Translations under genes and position numbers: made by a program
Notes under the pieces: model-generated
Database searches by the model: none
The model's input: the letters and a program-made list of their open reading frames with translations, nothing else
What the model was told of the DNA's origin: nothing
Assembly (NCBI GenBank): GCA_963735595.1
Contig: CAVTLK010000005.1
Location: forward strand, 877,711 to 941,710
Length of the DNA: 64,000 bases
DNA from: an uncultured delta proteobacterium
GTDB taxonomy: Bacteria; Desulfobacterota; Zymogenia; Zymogenales; Zymogenaceae
Reading direction: 5' to 3'
In this document: piece after piece, positions 1-9,988 of the stretch
Numbering within the stretch: position 1 is the first letter of the stretch
How the letters are laid out: every line of letters begins with the position of its first letter

Positions 1-1
1 G

Positions 2-295
2 CACCTGCTTGGTGACCTCGTCGGCTCAAAAGGGCCGGGAGACTCCTTCTGGACCATCCCCTATCTCTGGCCGTTCTCGGAGCGGGAGTGGCTCTGGGAA
101 GGCCAATGGATGCTCAACGCGTGGCCCAATATCGCCGTCACGGCGGTCCTCCTTGCGCTGACGCTCTATCTTGCCTGGCGGCGGGGGTTTTCGCCGGTCG
201 GCCTTTTTTCCGAACGGGCGGACCGGACGTTCGTAGCGGCGCTGCGCACCCGATTCGGAAAGCCTGGCAAGTCCGCCACTCCTCCCGAAAGGTAG
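2..295 (+). CDS. metal-dependent hydrolase (YdjM-like membrane protein), 3' partial
   Basis: Frame open from the window edge: HLLGDLVGSKG...IPYLWPFS...NAWPN followed by a TM segment; HxxxD and LWPF motifs typical of this family. Confidence 0.6.
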   Translation, partial: HLLGDLVGSKGPGDSFWTIPYLWPFSEREWLWEGQWMLNAWPNIAVTAVLLALTLYLAWRRGFSPVGLFSERADRTFVAALRTRFGKPGKSATPPER

Positions 296-586
296 CACCC
301 GTCTCTCAATCCGGGCCGCTTTCATGACCAGCCAAATAAAATCCACAAATGTCTGAAAAAGCTGAACGTTTTATGAAGGTGACAGTTGATATATTGTATA
401 TTTAATTGTTTTAGTATTTTAAGTACTATACTATTCGGGCGTAGAGTACTAATTCGAATTGCCGGGTATGCCCCCGGAGAGAGCGGTCCGTGCCGCGGGT
501 AATACCGATGTTCGGGCATCGGCCGCCCGGTCGATCCTTGTTGGTTCGGGAAACTATCCTCATAACACTTCTATACGGAGGCGGGA

Positions 587-1285
587 ATGCACATCGGCGA
601 GAGACTGGACTTACACATGGACCCTAATCGTATGGTCCCCAACGCGTATCTCTATCAGGCTCTTGCCGCGTCACGGGAACTCCTGGGCAACGACGGCTTT
701 GCCGCCGTGATAAAGAGGGCGGGTGTGATCCTGCCGGTAATGGGGCAGTATCTCGACGAAAATAGCTGGCCCCCGGCGGACATGGAGCTTACAACGCCGG
801 CCCGGCATTTTTCCGCGATCTTCCAGGCGATCGAGGAGGTCGGCGGCGGACGCGCCCAGATGGTCAATATCGGTATCAGGACCGCCCAGATGGGCTTTGA
901 GGGCCTGGGGCCGGCGATGAAGGCGACGCTGTCGGTCCTCAAGAAACTCCCCGGTTTCCAATGGCGGGCCGAAACGGTCCTCAAGGCGATGGCCGATGAC
1001 CTGCTGGACGCGAGCCCGGGCGACCGGGAAAGGCAGGCTATCCGTGTCGTGACCGATAAGGAGAAAGGGGCGATCCTCTTCATCGACCGAACGGGCGATT
1101 CGTGCCATGGGAGGAACGGGGTGCACACCCCGGTATGCCACGTATACCGCGGGGGGATCATCGGCGCGGTAAAGCTCGCCACCGGGAAAGTCGCCAGGGT
1201 CGTCGAAACGGCCTGCATGGCCGCGGGAGACAACGCCTGTGTTTTCGAGGTCGGCTTCGAAGCGGAAGAAACAGACAAGGCGTAA
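587..1285 (+). CDS. V4R domain protein
   Basis: C-terminal C..G....PVCH...G...G...VVETACMAAGDNACVFE V4R zinc motif; GGAGG RBS. Confidence 0.8.
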   Translation: MHIGERLDLHMDPNRMVPNAYLYQALAASRELLGNDGFAAVIKRAGVILPVMGQYLDENSWPPADMELTTPARHFSAIFQAIEEVGGGRAQMVNIGIRTAQMGFEGLGPAMKATLSVLKKLPGFQWRAETVLKAMADDLLDASPGDRERQAIRVVTDKEKGAILFIDRTGDSCHGRNGVHTPVCHVYRGGIIGAVKLATGKVARVVETACMAAGDNACVFEVGFEAEETDKA

Positions 1286-1383
1286 GGCGATAAAGAGAGA
1301 CCGTCAGGCGTCAAGATCGGCTGCTGTGCGAATTTGAAACACTGGCGAACTGCCGATCAGATTAACTTACAACGGGGGATACG

Positions 1384-2106
1384 ATGTACGACCGCTTGCA
1401 CTTCCATCAGGATCCGAACAAGATGATACTGAACGTCTACCTTCACGGTGCCCTCCTGGCCTCAAAGGAGCTTCTCGGTGACAGCGGTTTCGCGGCAGTC
1501 ATCAAGCGGGCGGAGACCTACGCCCCCGGGATGACGGCCTATCTCGACGAGCGAAACTGGCCCGCAGACGATCTAAAGTTCCAGTATCCCGCCCGGCACT
1601 ACAGCGCCCTGTTCCAGGCGGTGGAAGAGGTGGGCGGCGGGAGGTCTCAGCTGGTGGCGATCGGCATCGTGACGAGCAAGTTGGGTTTCGAGGGTCTCGG
1701 GCCGTCGATGAAGGCGGCTCTGGCCGTAATGAAGAGGCTGCCGGGATACCGATGGCGGGTCGAGACGATCCTTTCGGGAATGGTCCAGGATATGCTCAAT
1801 GCCGCGCCGGAGGAGAAGCGGCTCAAAGCGATCTCACTTGAGACCGATGAGGCCCGCAGGGTATTCCGCTACGTCGATCGGAGCGGCGACATCTGCCACG
1901 GCAGAAACGGCGCCACGGCCCCGATTTGCCACGTCTATCGGGGAGGGTTCATCGGCGCGATAAATGGCGTTACCGGCCGTGTTCCCCACGTCCTGGAGGT
2001 GATGTGCATGGCGGCCGGGGACCCTGCCTGTGTCTTCGAAATCGATTTTGAGCCGGAGGGTGGGGGTGACGAATTGAGAGAAGGCGGAGTAGAAAATCGT
2101 GAATAG
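1384..2106 (+). CDS. V4R domain protein (tandem paralog of 587..1285)
   Basis: Collinear with the upstream ORF; CHGRNG..PICH...EVMCMAAGDPACVFE. Confidence 0.8.
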   Translation: MYDRLHFHQDPNKMILNVYLHGALLASKELLGDSGFAAVIKRAETYAPGMTAYLDERNWPADDLKFQYPARHYSALFQAVEEVGGGRSQLVAIGIVTSKLGFEGLGPSMKAALAVMKRLPGYRWRVETILSGMVQDMLNAAPEEKRLKAISLETDEARRVFRYVDRSGDICHGRNGATAPICHVYRGGFIGAINGVTGRVPHVLEVMCMAAGDPACVFEIDFEPEGGGDELREGGVENRE

Positions 2107-2163
2107 ATTCCCGGAAGCGAAGCCCGACCGCTCCCCCGTCTCACGCCACAATCAAAGCACGCC

Positions 2164-2197
2164 AAAAAAAGGGAGGGAAATCAATTCCCTCCCTTCA
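2164..2197 (-). terminator. rho-independent terminator of the glutamate synthase operon
   Basis: AAGGGAGGGAA-ATCAA-TTCCCTCCCTT hairpin with an A7 tract (U tract on the - strand). Confidence 0.7.
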
Positions 2198-2218
2198 AGT
2201 CCGTAGATTTTTGATCGG

Positions 2219-3796
2219 CTATCCGAAGATCTTATCTACCTCTTTTGCGTCGATATCGCTCACCAGCGGGATGCCGCTGACCCGGGACGCCTCCGGGGTG
2301 AGCGCGGCGATGTCGTTGGTGGTGATGCGGTCGATGGCAAACTTGCGCGAGCCGGCCATGAACTGGCGCAGGCCCTGGGCGAGCCGCTCGTAATAGGTGT
2401 AGAGGCCCATGGCGCCGGTCGGTATCCGGTCGTAGTCCTTCCCGAATTTTCTCTTCAGCCCCTCGGCGGTCACGAAGACCGATTCCACGTCCTTGCCGAA
2501 CCGCTCGATAAAGACGGGGGCGTCGCCGCTGTTGATCGCGTTTCCGATCGTCTTTCCCACCATGGCGGCCGCCAGCGGCGCCCGTGACATGGCGATGGCC
2601 TTGCAGTAGGGAGCGGCGAGCGATAACCCTTTGAACATCTGGTCTTCGAGGATGAACCCGCCGGCCAGCGCGATATCAGGCACATGCTGCCCTTTCTTTG
2701 CCAGGCGGTCGCAGTAGTCCCTGGTGAGCGCCCAGAGCTCGATGGTCGGGACGCCCCATTCGTTCATCATGCGCCAGGGGCTCATGCCGGTTCCGCCGCC
2801 GGCCCCGTCAACCGTCAGGTAGTCAATCTTTGCGATGGATGAGAACTTGACCGCCCGGGCAAGGTCCACCGGCCGGTAGGCGCCGGTCTTGAGCGACACG
2901 AACTTGGCGCCGGCCTTGCGAAGCTCTTCCACGCGCGCCACGAAGCTCTCCTCGTCCACCATGCCGACCCGGGAGTGCCGCTCGAACTCCGTGAATATGC
3001 CCTTCTTGAATTCCTCGATCACGGCGGGATCGAGCGGGTCGGGCAGGACGATGTAGCCCCTCTTGGCGAGGAGCTGGGCCTTCTCGAGGCTCTTGATCTT
3101 CACCTCGCCGCCGATGTCTTTTGCGCCCTGTCCCCATTTGAGCTCAACGGCGTCCACACCGAGCTTTTCTATCGCGTACTCCTGAATCTTCAGGCGGGTG
3201 TCCTCGACGTTGGCCTGTACGACGACGGCGCCGTAGCCCTTTTCCTGCCAGTCCTTGAAGAGCTTGACGCGCCGTTTTAGCTCCGGAGAATCAACCACCC
3301 TCCCGTTTTCGATCTTCGATTCGACGTCCATCCCGCAGACGTTCTCGCCGATGGTCAGAACCGTCCCGGTTATCGCCGAGCCGATGGCAAGCCCCTCCCA
3401 GTTGATCCCGGCGACGTTCGTCGACCCGAGGCCGCCGATAACGATCGGCAGCCGGAGTTTTATACCGCCGTTATTGCCGAGCTTCGTCTCGAGGCTGACG
3501 TTCGGGAAGATCGCCTTGTCCGAATCGGCCTCTATCCCGACGGCCCCTACGGCGGTTCCCATGATGGAAAAGTGGGAAAGGTCGATGGGGTAATCCTTCT
3601 GTGAGGCCATCGTGGAGATCCCGAAGGGCTGCGGGTAGATGACCTCGTGCCCCCGGTAGGCGCTCTTGCCGATCTCGCACATTCCGATGCAGCCGTCAAC
3701 GCAGGTTACGCACATACCGCTGATGGGAGACCAGTCCCCTGCCGTCCTGTTCTTTGTGAGGGTCGCGGCCGTCGCATTATATCTCGTTAGTGTCAT
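2219..3796 (-). CDS. FMN-binding glutamate synthase family protein (stand-alone GltB FMN domain)
   Basis: ELKWGQGAKDIGGE, LKTGAY and TVDGAGGGTGMSP motifs; N-terminal CxxCxxxCxxxC; no glutamine amidotransferase domain. Confidence 0.85.
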   Translation of the reverse strand: MTLTRYNATAATLTKNRTAGDWSPISGMCVTCVDGCIGMCEIGKSAYRGHEVIYPQPFGISTMASQKDYPIDLSHFSIMGTAVGAVGIEADSDKAIFPNVSLETKLGNNGGIKLRLPIVIGGLGSTNVAGINWEGLAIGSAITGTVLTIGENVCGMDVESKIENGRVVDSPELKRRVKLFKDWQEKGYGAVVVQANVEDTRLKIQEYAIEKLGVDAVELKWGQGAKDIGGEVKIKSLEKAQLLAKRGYIVLPDPLDPAVIEEFKKGIFTEFERHSRVGMVDEESFVARVEELRKAGAKFVSLKTGAYRPVDLARAVKFSSIAKIDYLTVDGAGGGTGMSPWRMMNEWGVPTIELWALTRDYCDRLAKKGQHVPDIALAGGFILEDQMFKGLSLAAPYCKAIAMSRAPLAAAMVGKTIGNAINSGDAPVFIERFGKDVESVFVTAEGLKRKFGKDYDRIPTGAMGLYTYYERLAQGLRQFMAGSRKFAIDRITTNDIAALTPEASRVSGIPLVSDIDAKEVDKIFG

Positions 3797-3847
3797 TCTT
3801 CACTCCTCTTCTCGTATCGGTTTGTCTATGTATTTAAATTAGTTCCG

Positions 3848-4513
3848 CTAATATGCCCGGTGCCCTTTGGCGGTCACGCTCTCCGAGCAGTGTACGCAGA
3901 TCTCGCAGGTCTCCACGTGAACCAGGTTCTGGCATCCCCCGCAGAGGCCGTCCTTGAGGTTTCCCGCGGTACAGGCCCGCTCGCACACGGGGCAGATCCA
4001 CTCGCAACCCCCGCAGTTACGGCATTCCTGGGGTGTGACCCCGAAGGCAGTGCCGACCTTCCGTGACGTGCCGCGCCCCACGAAGCCGATGCCGCCCGAC
4101 TGCATCTGTTCCTTACAGAAACGGACGCACTGCCCGCACAGGATGCAGTTCTTATCCTTTATCGTAAAGCGGATCTTATTGACGCCGTAGTTGGCGGCCA
4201 GGTCCTGCAGTGTCTTGGAGGTAGGGCAGGTCGAGACGAGCAGCTCGATGAGGACCTTCCTGGCCTTTCTTACCCGTTCGGAATTCGTGAGGATCTCCAT
4301 ACCCTCTGAGGCCGGCAGCGCGCAGGAGGCCTCGAGCGTCGAGCGGCTGCCTTTTTTCATCTCGACGACGCACACCCGGCATGCCCCGTAGGGCGTGAGG
4401 CCGGGATTGTGGCAGAGAGTGGGTATTGCGATCCCGAGGTTCCGCGCGGCCTCCAGCACCGTCGTCCCTCCGGCAACTTCGGTTGGAATCCCGTCTATGC
4501 TTAGTTTAGGCAT
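3848..4513 (-). CDS. 2Fe-2S/4Fe-4S subunit resembling the HydA/NuoG N-terminus, no catalytic domain
   Basis: IPTLC...GACRVC...ASC 2Fe-2S motif; CILCGQCVRFC and CRNCGGCEWICP. Confidence 0.85.
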   Translation of the reverse strand: MPKLSIDGIPTEVAGGTTVLEAARNLGIAIPTLCHNPGLTPYGACRVCVVEMKKGSRSTLEASCALPASEGMEILTNSERVRKARKVLIELLVSTCPTSKTLQDLAANYGVNKIRFTIKDKNCILCGQCVRFCKEQMQSGGIGFVGRGTSRKVGTAFGVTPQECRNCGGCEWICPVCERACTAGNLKDGLCGGCQNLVHVETCEICVHCSESVTAKGHRAY

Positions 4514-4526
4514 TGTCTATCCTTTT

Positions 4527-6389
4527 TTATGCAACGATGACCGCATCGAATTTACAGTTTTCCCGGCAGAGGCCGCATTTAATGCACGCGCTTTGATCGA
4601 CCACGTGAACTTCCTTCTTTTTACCGGTGATCGCCTTTTCGGGGCAGTTCTTGGCGCACACCATGCAGCCGGTGCATTTTTCTTTGTCGATCGTGTAGGT
4701 GATGAGGGCCTTGCAGACCCCCGCCGGGCAGCGATGCTGCCCGATATGCGCCTCGTACTCGTCCCGGAAATACCGTATGGTAGAGAGAACCGGGTTTCCG
4801 GCGGTGCCCCCCAGGGCACACAGGGACGTTTCCTTGATGACGTCGGCCAGCTCCTCCAGGAGCTCGATATCGCCGCTCTTTCCGTTTCCCCCGGTGATGC
4901 CGGCGAGGATGTCGTTCATCCGGTCAAGACCCTCCCTGCAGGGGAGGCACTTGCCGCACGACTCCTCGGTGAGGAAGTTCACAAAGTATTTAGCCGTATC
5001 CACCATACAGGTGGATTCGTCCATAACGATCATGCCGCCCGAGCCCATCATCGAGCCGACGCGGGAGAGCTCGTCGAAATCGACGGGCAGATCGAGAAGG
5101 TTTTCGGGAATACACCCTCCCGACGGCCCCCCGGTCTGGACGGCCTTGAACTTCTTGCCGTTCAAGAGGCCGCCGCCGATATCGTAGATAATCTCACGCA
5201 GCGTAATGCCCATCGGCACCTCAACGAGGCCGGTATTCCTGATCTTGCCGACCAGCGAGAATATCTTGGTGCCCTTGCTGCCGGCGGTGCCAATATCCGC
5301 GTACCATCCCGCCCCCTTGTTGATGATCAGCGGGACGTTAGCCCACGTCTCGACGTTGTTGAGGTTGGAGGGCTTATTGTGGAGCCCCTTGACGACGGTA
5401 TGGATATGTTTCTGGCGGGGCTCCCCGATCTTTCCCTCCAGGGAGGCCATGAGGGCGGTGGATTCTCCGCAGACGAACGCCCCTCCGCCCCTGGCGATCA
5501 CGACGTCGAAGTCGAAGCCGGAGCCGAGTATATCGGCTCCGAGCAGGCCGTATCCCCGCGCCTGATCGAGGGCAACGCGCAGGTTCTTGACGGCCAGGGG
5601 ATATTCGTGCCGCACGTAGACGTAGCCGTGCGCGCTGCCGATGGCGTACGCCCCGATGATCATGCCTTCCAGAACGCTGTGCGGGTTTCCCTCCAAGAGG
5701 CTCCTGTCCATATAGGCGCCGGGGTCCCCCTCGTCGGCGTTGCAGATGACGTAGCGGGTCCCGTTTGACGTTGGGGCATTGCGGCATGACTCCCACTTGT
5801 CGCCCGTCGGGAAGCCTCCCCCGCCGCGGCCCCGCAGGCCCGATTCCTTTATCTCCCGGATGACCTGCTCCGGCTTCATCTCGAACAGGGCCGTGGGGAG
5901 GGCGGAATACCCGCCCAACGCGATGTAATCTTCGATACTGGTAGGATCCAGGAGGCCGTTGCTGCCGAATATGAGCCGCCGCTGTTTCTTGTAAAACGGT
6001 ACGTCGTGTTCGTGCTGCACGGTTTGTCCCGAGTCCGAATCGGAATAGAGGAGACGATCGATAACGACTCCTTTACCGATGGTCTCCGTGAGTATTTCGG
6101 CAACGTCCTGTGGATTTACCCGGGTGTAGAATGTTTCCTGGGGGTGTATGGTGACAAGCGTCCCGTATTCACATAGACCGTGGCAGCCGGTGAGTTTCAG
6201 TCCGACCCGGTCGGCCATCTTCAGGCGGTCGATTTCATCGAGAAATGCGGCATGAACGAGTTCGCACCCGCACCCATGACAGCCCGTTCCGCCGCATACG
6301 CTTATCGTGGGTTTCTCTGACCGACTATCCTGCACGAGCTGTTTTTGCAGCCCTTTCAGGTCATCCGGTGATTGGAGCTTCTTTATCAT
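4527..6389 (-). CDS. NADH-binding flavoprotein, HydB/NuoF (BfuB-type) subunit
   Basis: GLRGRGGGGFPTG, CNADEGDPGAYMDR, GAFVCGESTAL and ESCGKCLPCREG; N-terminal 2Fe-2S domain and C-terminal 2x[4Fe-4S]. Confidence 0.9.
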   Translation of the reverse strand: MIKKLQSPDDLKGLQKQLVQDSRSEKPTISVCGGTGCHGCGCELVHAAFLDEIDRLKMADRVGLKLTGCHGLCEYGTLVTIHPQETFYTRVNPQDVAEILTETIGKGVVIDRLLYSDSDSGQTVQHEHDVPFYKKQRRLIFGSNGLLDPTSIEDYIALGGYSALPTALFEMKPEQVIREIKESGLRGRGGGGFPTGDKWESCRNAPTSNGTRYVICNADEGDPGAYMDRSLLEGNPHSVLEGMIIGAYAIGSAHGYVYVRHEYPLAVKNLRVALDQARGYGLLGADILGSGFDFDVVIARGGGAFVCGESTALMASLEGKIGEPRQKHIHTVVKGLHNKPSNLNNVETWANVPLIINKGAGWYADIGTAGSKGTKIFSLVGKIRNTGLVEVPMGITLREIIYDIGGGLLNGKKFKAVQTGGPSGGCIPENLLDLPVDFDELSRVGSMMGSGGMIVMDESTCMVDTAKYFVNFLTEESCGKCLPCREGLDRMNDILAGITGGNGKSGDIELLEELADVIKETSLCALGGTAGNPVLSTIRYFRDEYEAHIGQHRCPAGVCKALITYTIDKEKCTGCMVCAKNCPEKAITGKKKEVHVVDQSACIKCGLCRENCKFDAVIVA

Positions 6390-6901
6390 TTTGCGGACCT
6401 CGTCGCATCCTTCCTGTATTCGTCCAGGAGCTTCTTGATTTTTCCTGAGCTCATCTTCGCGTGATATCGTCCGTCCACGACGACCACCGGGCCGAGGGCG
6501 CAGGCCCCGAGGCAGTTGACGCTTTCCAGGGAAAACAGACCATCGGCGGTGGTACTACCGTTTCCAATTCCAAGTTGCCGCTCCATTTCCTCCAGCACCG
6601 ACCTTCCGCCCCTCACGTGGCAGGCCGTCCCCAGGCACACGGTTACGGTGTGTTTACCCCGGGGGGTGAGGCTGAAGGCTTTGAAGAACGTCGCAACGCC
6701 GTATACCTGGATGAGGGAAAGGTTAAGCTTGCCCGCGACCTGCTTCAGGGCCGCCTCCGGCAGGTAACGATACTGGGCCTGGATATCCTGGAGTATCGCG
6801 ATGAGGTTGTCCGGCGTTGCCTCGTAGTCGCCAATAACCCGCGTTACGAAATCCGCGGTCTGGCTTGCGTCATCTGCTCTGCTCATTAGGTTTTCCGCCA
6901 T
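6386..6901 (-). CDS. HydC/NuoE-like 2Fe-2S subunit
   Basis: VCLGTACHVRG...NCLGACALGPV. Confidence 0.9.
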   Translation of the reverse strand: MAENLMSRADDASQTADFVTRVIGDYEATPDNLIAILQDIQAQYRYLPEAALKQVAGKLNLSLIQVYGVATFFKAFSLTPRGKHTVTVCLGTACHVRGGRSVLEEMERQLGIGNGSTTADGLFSLESVNCLGACALGPVVVVDGRYHAKMSSGKIKKLLDEYRKDATRSAK

Positions 6902-7143
6902 TTCGGTTTACTTATTTGAAGTGTTTTACGCGTATATCGAGCTTTGCGGTTCCTGCCTGCCGGTATATCCTATCAATTGACGATAATCAGATTCGCGCGT
7001 GTCTGTAGAGATACCGTGCATGTCGGTCAATGGAGTTCTATGATCGGCAATCGATTGCCAATATTTCATACCGGTGACGGCCTGTCAAGAACAAAATGCA
7101 TAAGAGTATTAAATAATTACCTTATCATGACGAATTGTTGATG

Positions 7144-7335
7144 CGGTAATTATACCGTAAAAATTGATAATATCGGCAAACATGCCGTATCATTACCGCA
7201 GTGCGAGGCGGAACGGATGAAATACGAAGGGAAACTGTCCGTTATCAGTGGGAATTCCCATAACCCGTCGCTCAAAAACGACTTAGGTACCGGCAATACT
7301 GCCGATAATGCCCTTGACTACCGGTAAATTTTCCG
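7144..7335. promoter_or_regulatory. four related 14-bp palindromes (CGGYA-N4-TDCCG), putative NrpR operators
   Basis: 7144 CGGTAATTATACCG, 7174 CGGCAAACATGCCG, 7291 CGGCAATACTGCCG, 7322 CGGTAAATTTTCCG, in the region between nrpR and the divergent operon. Confidence 0.6.
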
Positions 7336-7349
7336 GTACCGTTATATAC

Positions 7350-8363
7350 ATGAGCGAAAAAATGGAAAAGAAGAGACTTGCAGTCCTCCGGTTTCTGGCA
7401 GATTCCGACGGCCCCCAGTCGAGCCCCGCAATCGCCGAGCATCTGACGGCCTCCGGCCATGAGATGAGCGAGAGGACGATCCGCCTCTATCTCCAGGAAC
7501 TGGATGAAGAGGCGCTCACCGAAAACCACGGCAAGCGGGGCAGGACGATCACGGAGAAGGGGAAAGCCGAGTTGGCAAATGCCCGTGTTTACGATAAGGT
7601 GGGGTATCTGGCGGCAAAGATAGACCGGATGATGTACCGGATGACTTTCAACCTCCGGGAGAGGGCGGGCACCGTCGTTATAAACCTCAGCATCATTTCG
7701 AAAGACATGCTGGCCACCGCCGTTCCGCTTCTTTCGAGCGTCTTTCAGGCGGGTTACTCGATGGGCAGTCTCGTCGGTTTATTCGGCCCTGGAGAGCGAA
7801 TCGGGGAAGTGACCATTCCACAGGACGCCGTGGGTATCGGCACGGTCTGCTCGGTTACGGTCAACGGTGTGCTGCTTTCCGAGGGGATACCGACGGTCTC
7901 CCGGTTCGGGGGTCTCCTGGAAATCAGGAGCGGTAAATATACCCGTTTCGTGGAGCTGATCCACTACGAGGGGACGACGCTTGACCCCCTCGAGGTCTTC
8001 ATCCGCAGCCGCATGACCGACTATTTCGGCGCCACGACAACCGGAAGTGGAAGGATCGGCGCGAGTTTTCGGGAGGTCCCGGCCGAGAGCCGCGCCAGCG
8101 TTATCGATATATCGGAGCGGCTGGAACAGGCCGGCTTGAGCGGTTTCATCTCAATCGGGTGGCCGGGCCAGCCCCTCATGGAGATACCCGTCGGGGACGG
8201 GAGGATCGGCATCGTCGTTATCGGGGGTCTCAATCCCGTGGCGATCCTCGAGGAAAAGGGCATCCACGTCCAATTCACCGGGGCTCTGGCGGGTTTGCTG
8301 GACTACGGAGCGCTCTACCACTACCGGGAGATGGAGGACAGGGCCGGCGCGCTGTTACGATAG
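7350..8363 (+). CDS. nrpR: nitrogen regulator NrpR (wHTH + DUF128/NRD domain)
   Basis: N-terminal HTH (SERTIRLYLQELDEEALT..GKRGRTITEKG); GTVCSVTVNGVLL, TTLDPLEVF and VIGGLNPVA NRD motifs; sigma70-like TTGACT(7314)-N17-TACCGT just upstream. Confidence 0.85.
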   Translation: MSEKMEKKRLAVLRFLADSDGPQSSPAIAEHLTASGHEMSERTIRLYLQELDEEALTENHGKRGRTITEKGKAELANARVYDKVGYLAAKIDRMMYRMTFNLRERAGTVVINLSIISKDMLATAVPLLSSVFQAGYSMGSLVGLFGPGERIGEVTIPQDAVGIGTVCSVTVNGVLLSEGIPTVSRFGGLLEIRSGKYTRFVELIHYEGTTLDPLEVFIRSRMTDYFGATTTGSGRIGASFREVPAESRASVIDISERLEQAGLSGFISIGWPGQPLMEIPVGDGRIGIVVIGGLNPVAILEEKGIHVQFTGALAGLLDYGALYHYREMEDRAGALLR

Positions 8364-8450
8364 TCAGCCGCCGTTTGGCCGGGGGATTGCTCCGGTGGCG
8401 GTCAATTGATATTGCCCATCAAGGGTAAACGGTGTCTCAGGGGAGCCAGG

Positions 8451-9575
8451 ATGACGCGTATTTACGGCGATGCGAATCTCTCACTCTTTGCAGGCCCCAA
8501 GGCGCTCGGGCTGATCAGGAACGGAGGCTTTTCGGCATCCTCTGTCACGACGATCCTCGGGGCCGCGGGCGGCCCCAAATGGCTGGTGCTGGCCGGGCTT
8601 GACCGGGCGATCTTTTTTTCGTGGCTTATCCATTCTAAGACCCCGGTCAGGCTCGTCGGCTCGTCCATTGGAGCATGGCGGTTTGCCGCCATTGCCCAGG
8701 GCGGGCGGGCTATCGCGGCCCATGAGGCGCTCGGGGAGGCCTACATCCATCAGCGTTATGACAGGAAACCCTCTGCCCAGGATATCACGGATGAGGCCGT
8801 CAGGATCATGGATACCTACCTCACCGACGGCAGCGCGGGGTCGATATTGGCCAACCCCCGTTTTCTCCTTTCGGTCATTACGGCCCGGGGACGCGGGCCG
8901 TTTTCTTCGGTCAGGCGGCCAGCCGTTGCCGCGGGTATGCTGTGTGCCGGAATCGCCAACGCGCTTTCCCGCAGCAACCTGGCCCGATTCTTCGTCCGGG
9001 TCATCTTTGCCGACCCCCGAAACGGCGGGCCGATGAGCGGGGCGGCGGGCTTCGCGCAGGATCCGATACCCACCGAATCGGTCGAGCTTACCGCGGATAA
9101 CCTGCGTGGCGCCGTCCTTGCCTCAGGATCGATCCCGGTGGTCATGTCGCCGACAACCGGCATTGCCGGGGCCGCGCCGGGCCTCTATTGGGACGGCGGG
9201 CTGGTCGACTACCACGTCACGATCCCCGATTCACCGATGCGGGCCGGGGAGGGAATTGTCCTGTTTCCCCACTACGTTGACCGGATCATACCGGGATGGT
9301 TCGATAAACACCTCCCGCGGCGCAGCCCGAAATCCTCGGCGCTTGACCGGTTGCTGCTGGTCGCCCCCTCGCGCGAGTTCGTCGGGTGTCTTCCCTACGG
9401 CAAGATACCCGACCGGGCGGACTTTAAATTATTGGCAGGCCGCGACAGGGACCGAATTGCCTATTGGGAAAAGACGGCGGCCGAAAGCGAGCGGCTGGGA
9501 GACGAGTTCCTGGAGATGGTGGAGTCCGGAAAGATCAGGGAGCGGGTAAGGCCCTTCCCGACGCCCGGGGCGTGA
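8451..9575 (+). CDS. patatin-like phospholipase family protein
   Basis: GAAGGPKW, GSSIG nucleophile elbow, DGG motif. Confidence 0.8.
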   Translation: MTRIYGDANLSLFAGPKALGLIRNGGFSASSVTTILGAAGGPKWLVLAGLDRAIFFSWLIHSKTPVRLVGSSIGAWRFAAIAQGGRAIAAHEALGEAYIHQRYDRKPSAQDITDEAVRIMDTYLTDGSAGSILANPRFLLSVITARGRGPFSSVRRPAVAAGMLCAGIANALSRSNLARFFVRVIFADPRNGGPMSGAAGFAQDPIPTESVELTADNLRGAVLASGSIPVVMSPTTGIAGAAPGLYWDGGLVDYHVTIPDSPMRAGEGIVLFPHYVDRIIPGWFDKHLPRRSPKSSALDRLLLVAPSREFVGCLPYGKIPDRADFKLLAGRDRDRIAYWEKTAAESERLGDEFLEMVESGKIRERVRPFPTPGA

Positions 9576-9655
9576 GCCGGGGAGGTTCGGGTGTCGGAGG
9601 AAGGCGACGGGGTTTGCTATCAACAATGTATCAGCTTCGGCACGGAGGTGTTATC

Positions 9656-9988
9656 ATGAAAAAAAGAACAATGGCGGCGGTCTTCGTTCTCGTATGCGGG
9701 CTGCTGATTGGGCTTTGTCTTACGGCGGCCGCGCAGGAAGGGGTGGAAATACCCGGCACCTACAGCGGATATTTATTCTGTAAATTGGACAATATCGGGA
9801 CGAAGTCCGAGGGGCGGAGCTACTATCTCCAGCAGTGGGACGACAGCGAGGTTCATATCATTAAGGACGGAATTTTATGGCAGAGCGACCCTCAGCTGGA
9901 CGAGCACCTGAACACAAAGGTGACGATAACCGGGACGATGGAAGGCGGGCAGCTGCGGTACACGAAGATCGAGCCTTTCAGGTATTGA
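9656..9988 (+). CDS. small secreted hypothetical protein (possible OB-fold)
   Basis: GGAGG RBS; signal peptide MKKRTMAAVFVLVCGLLIGLCLTAAA; KVTITG motif. Confidence 0.6.
   Translation: MKKRTMAAVFVLVCGLLIGLCLTAAAQEGVEIPGTYSGYLFCKLDNIGTKSEGRSYYLQQWDDSEVHIIKDGILWQSDPQLDEHLNTKVTITGTMEGGQLRYTKIEPFRY

Noticed and set aside
4395..5768. 457-aa + strand ORF
   Set aside because: Antisense shadow of the HydB/NuoF gene in GC-rich DNA
3848..6901. Respiratory complex I (nuoEFG) or [FeFe]-hydrogenase
   Set aside because: No membrane nuo genes; the third subunit lacks the NuoG C-terminal and H-cluster domains
9601..9618. sigma54 promoter AGGCGACGGGGTTTGCT upstream of 9656
   Set aside because: GG-to-GC spacing is 11 rather than 10 bp; valid only if there is a sequencing insertion
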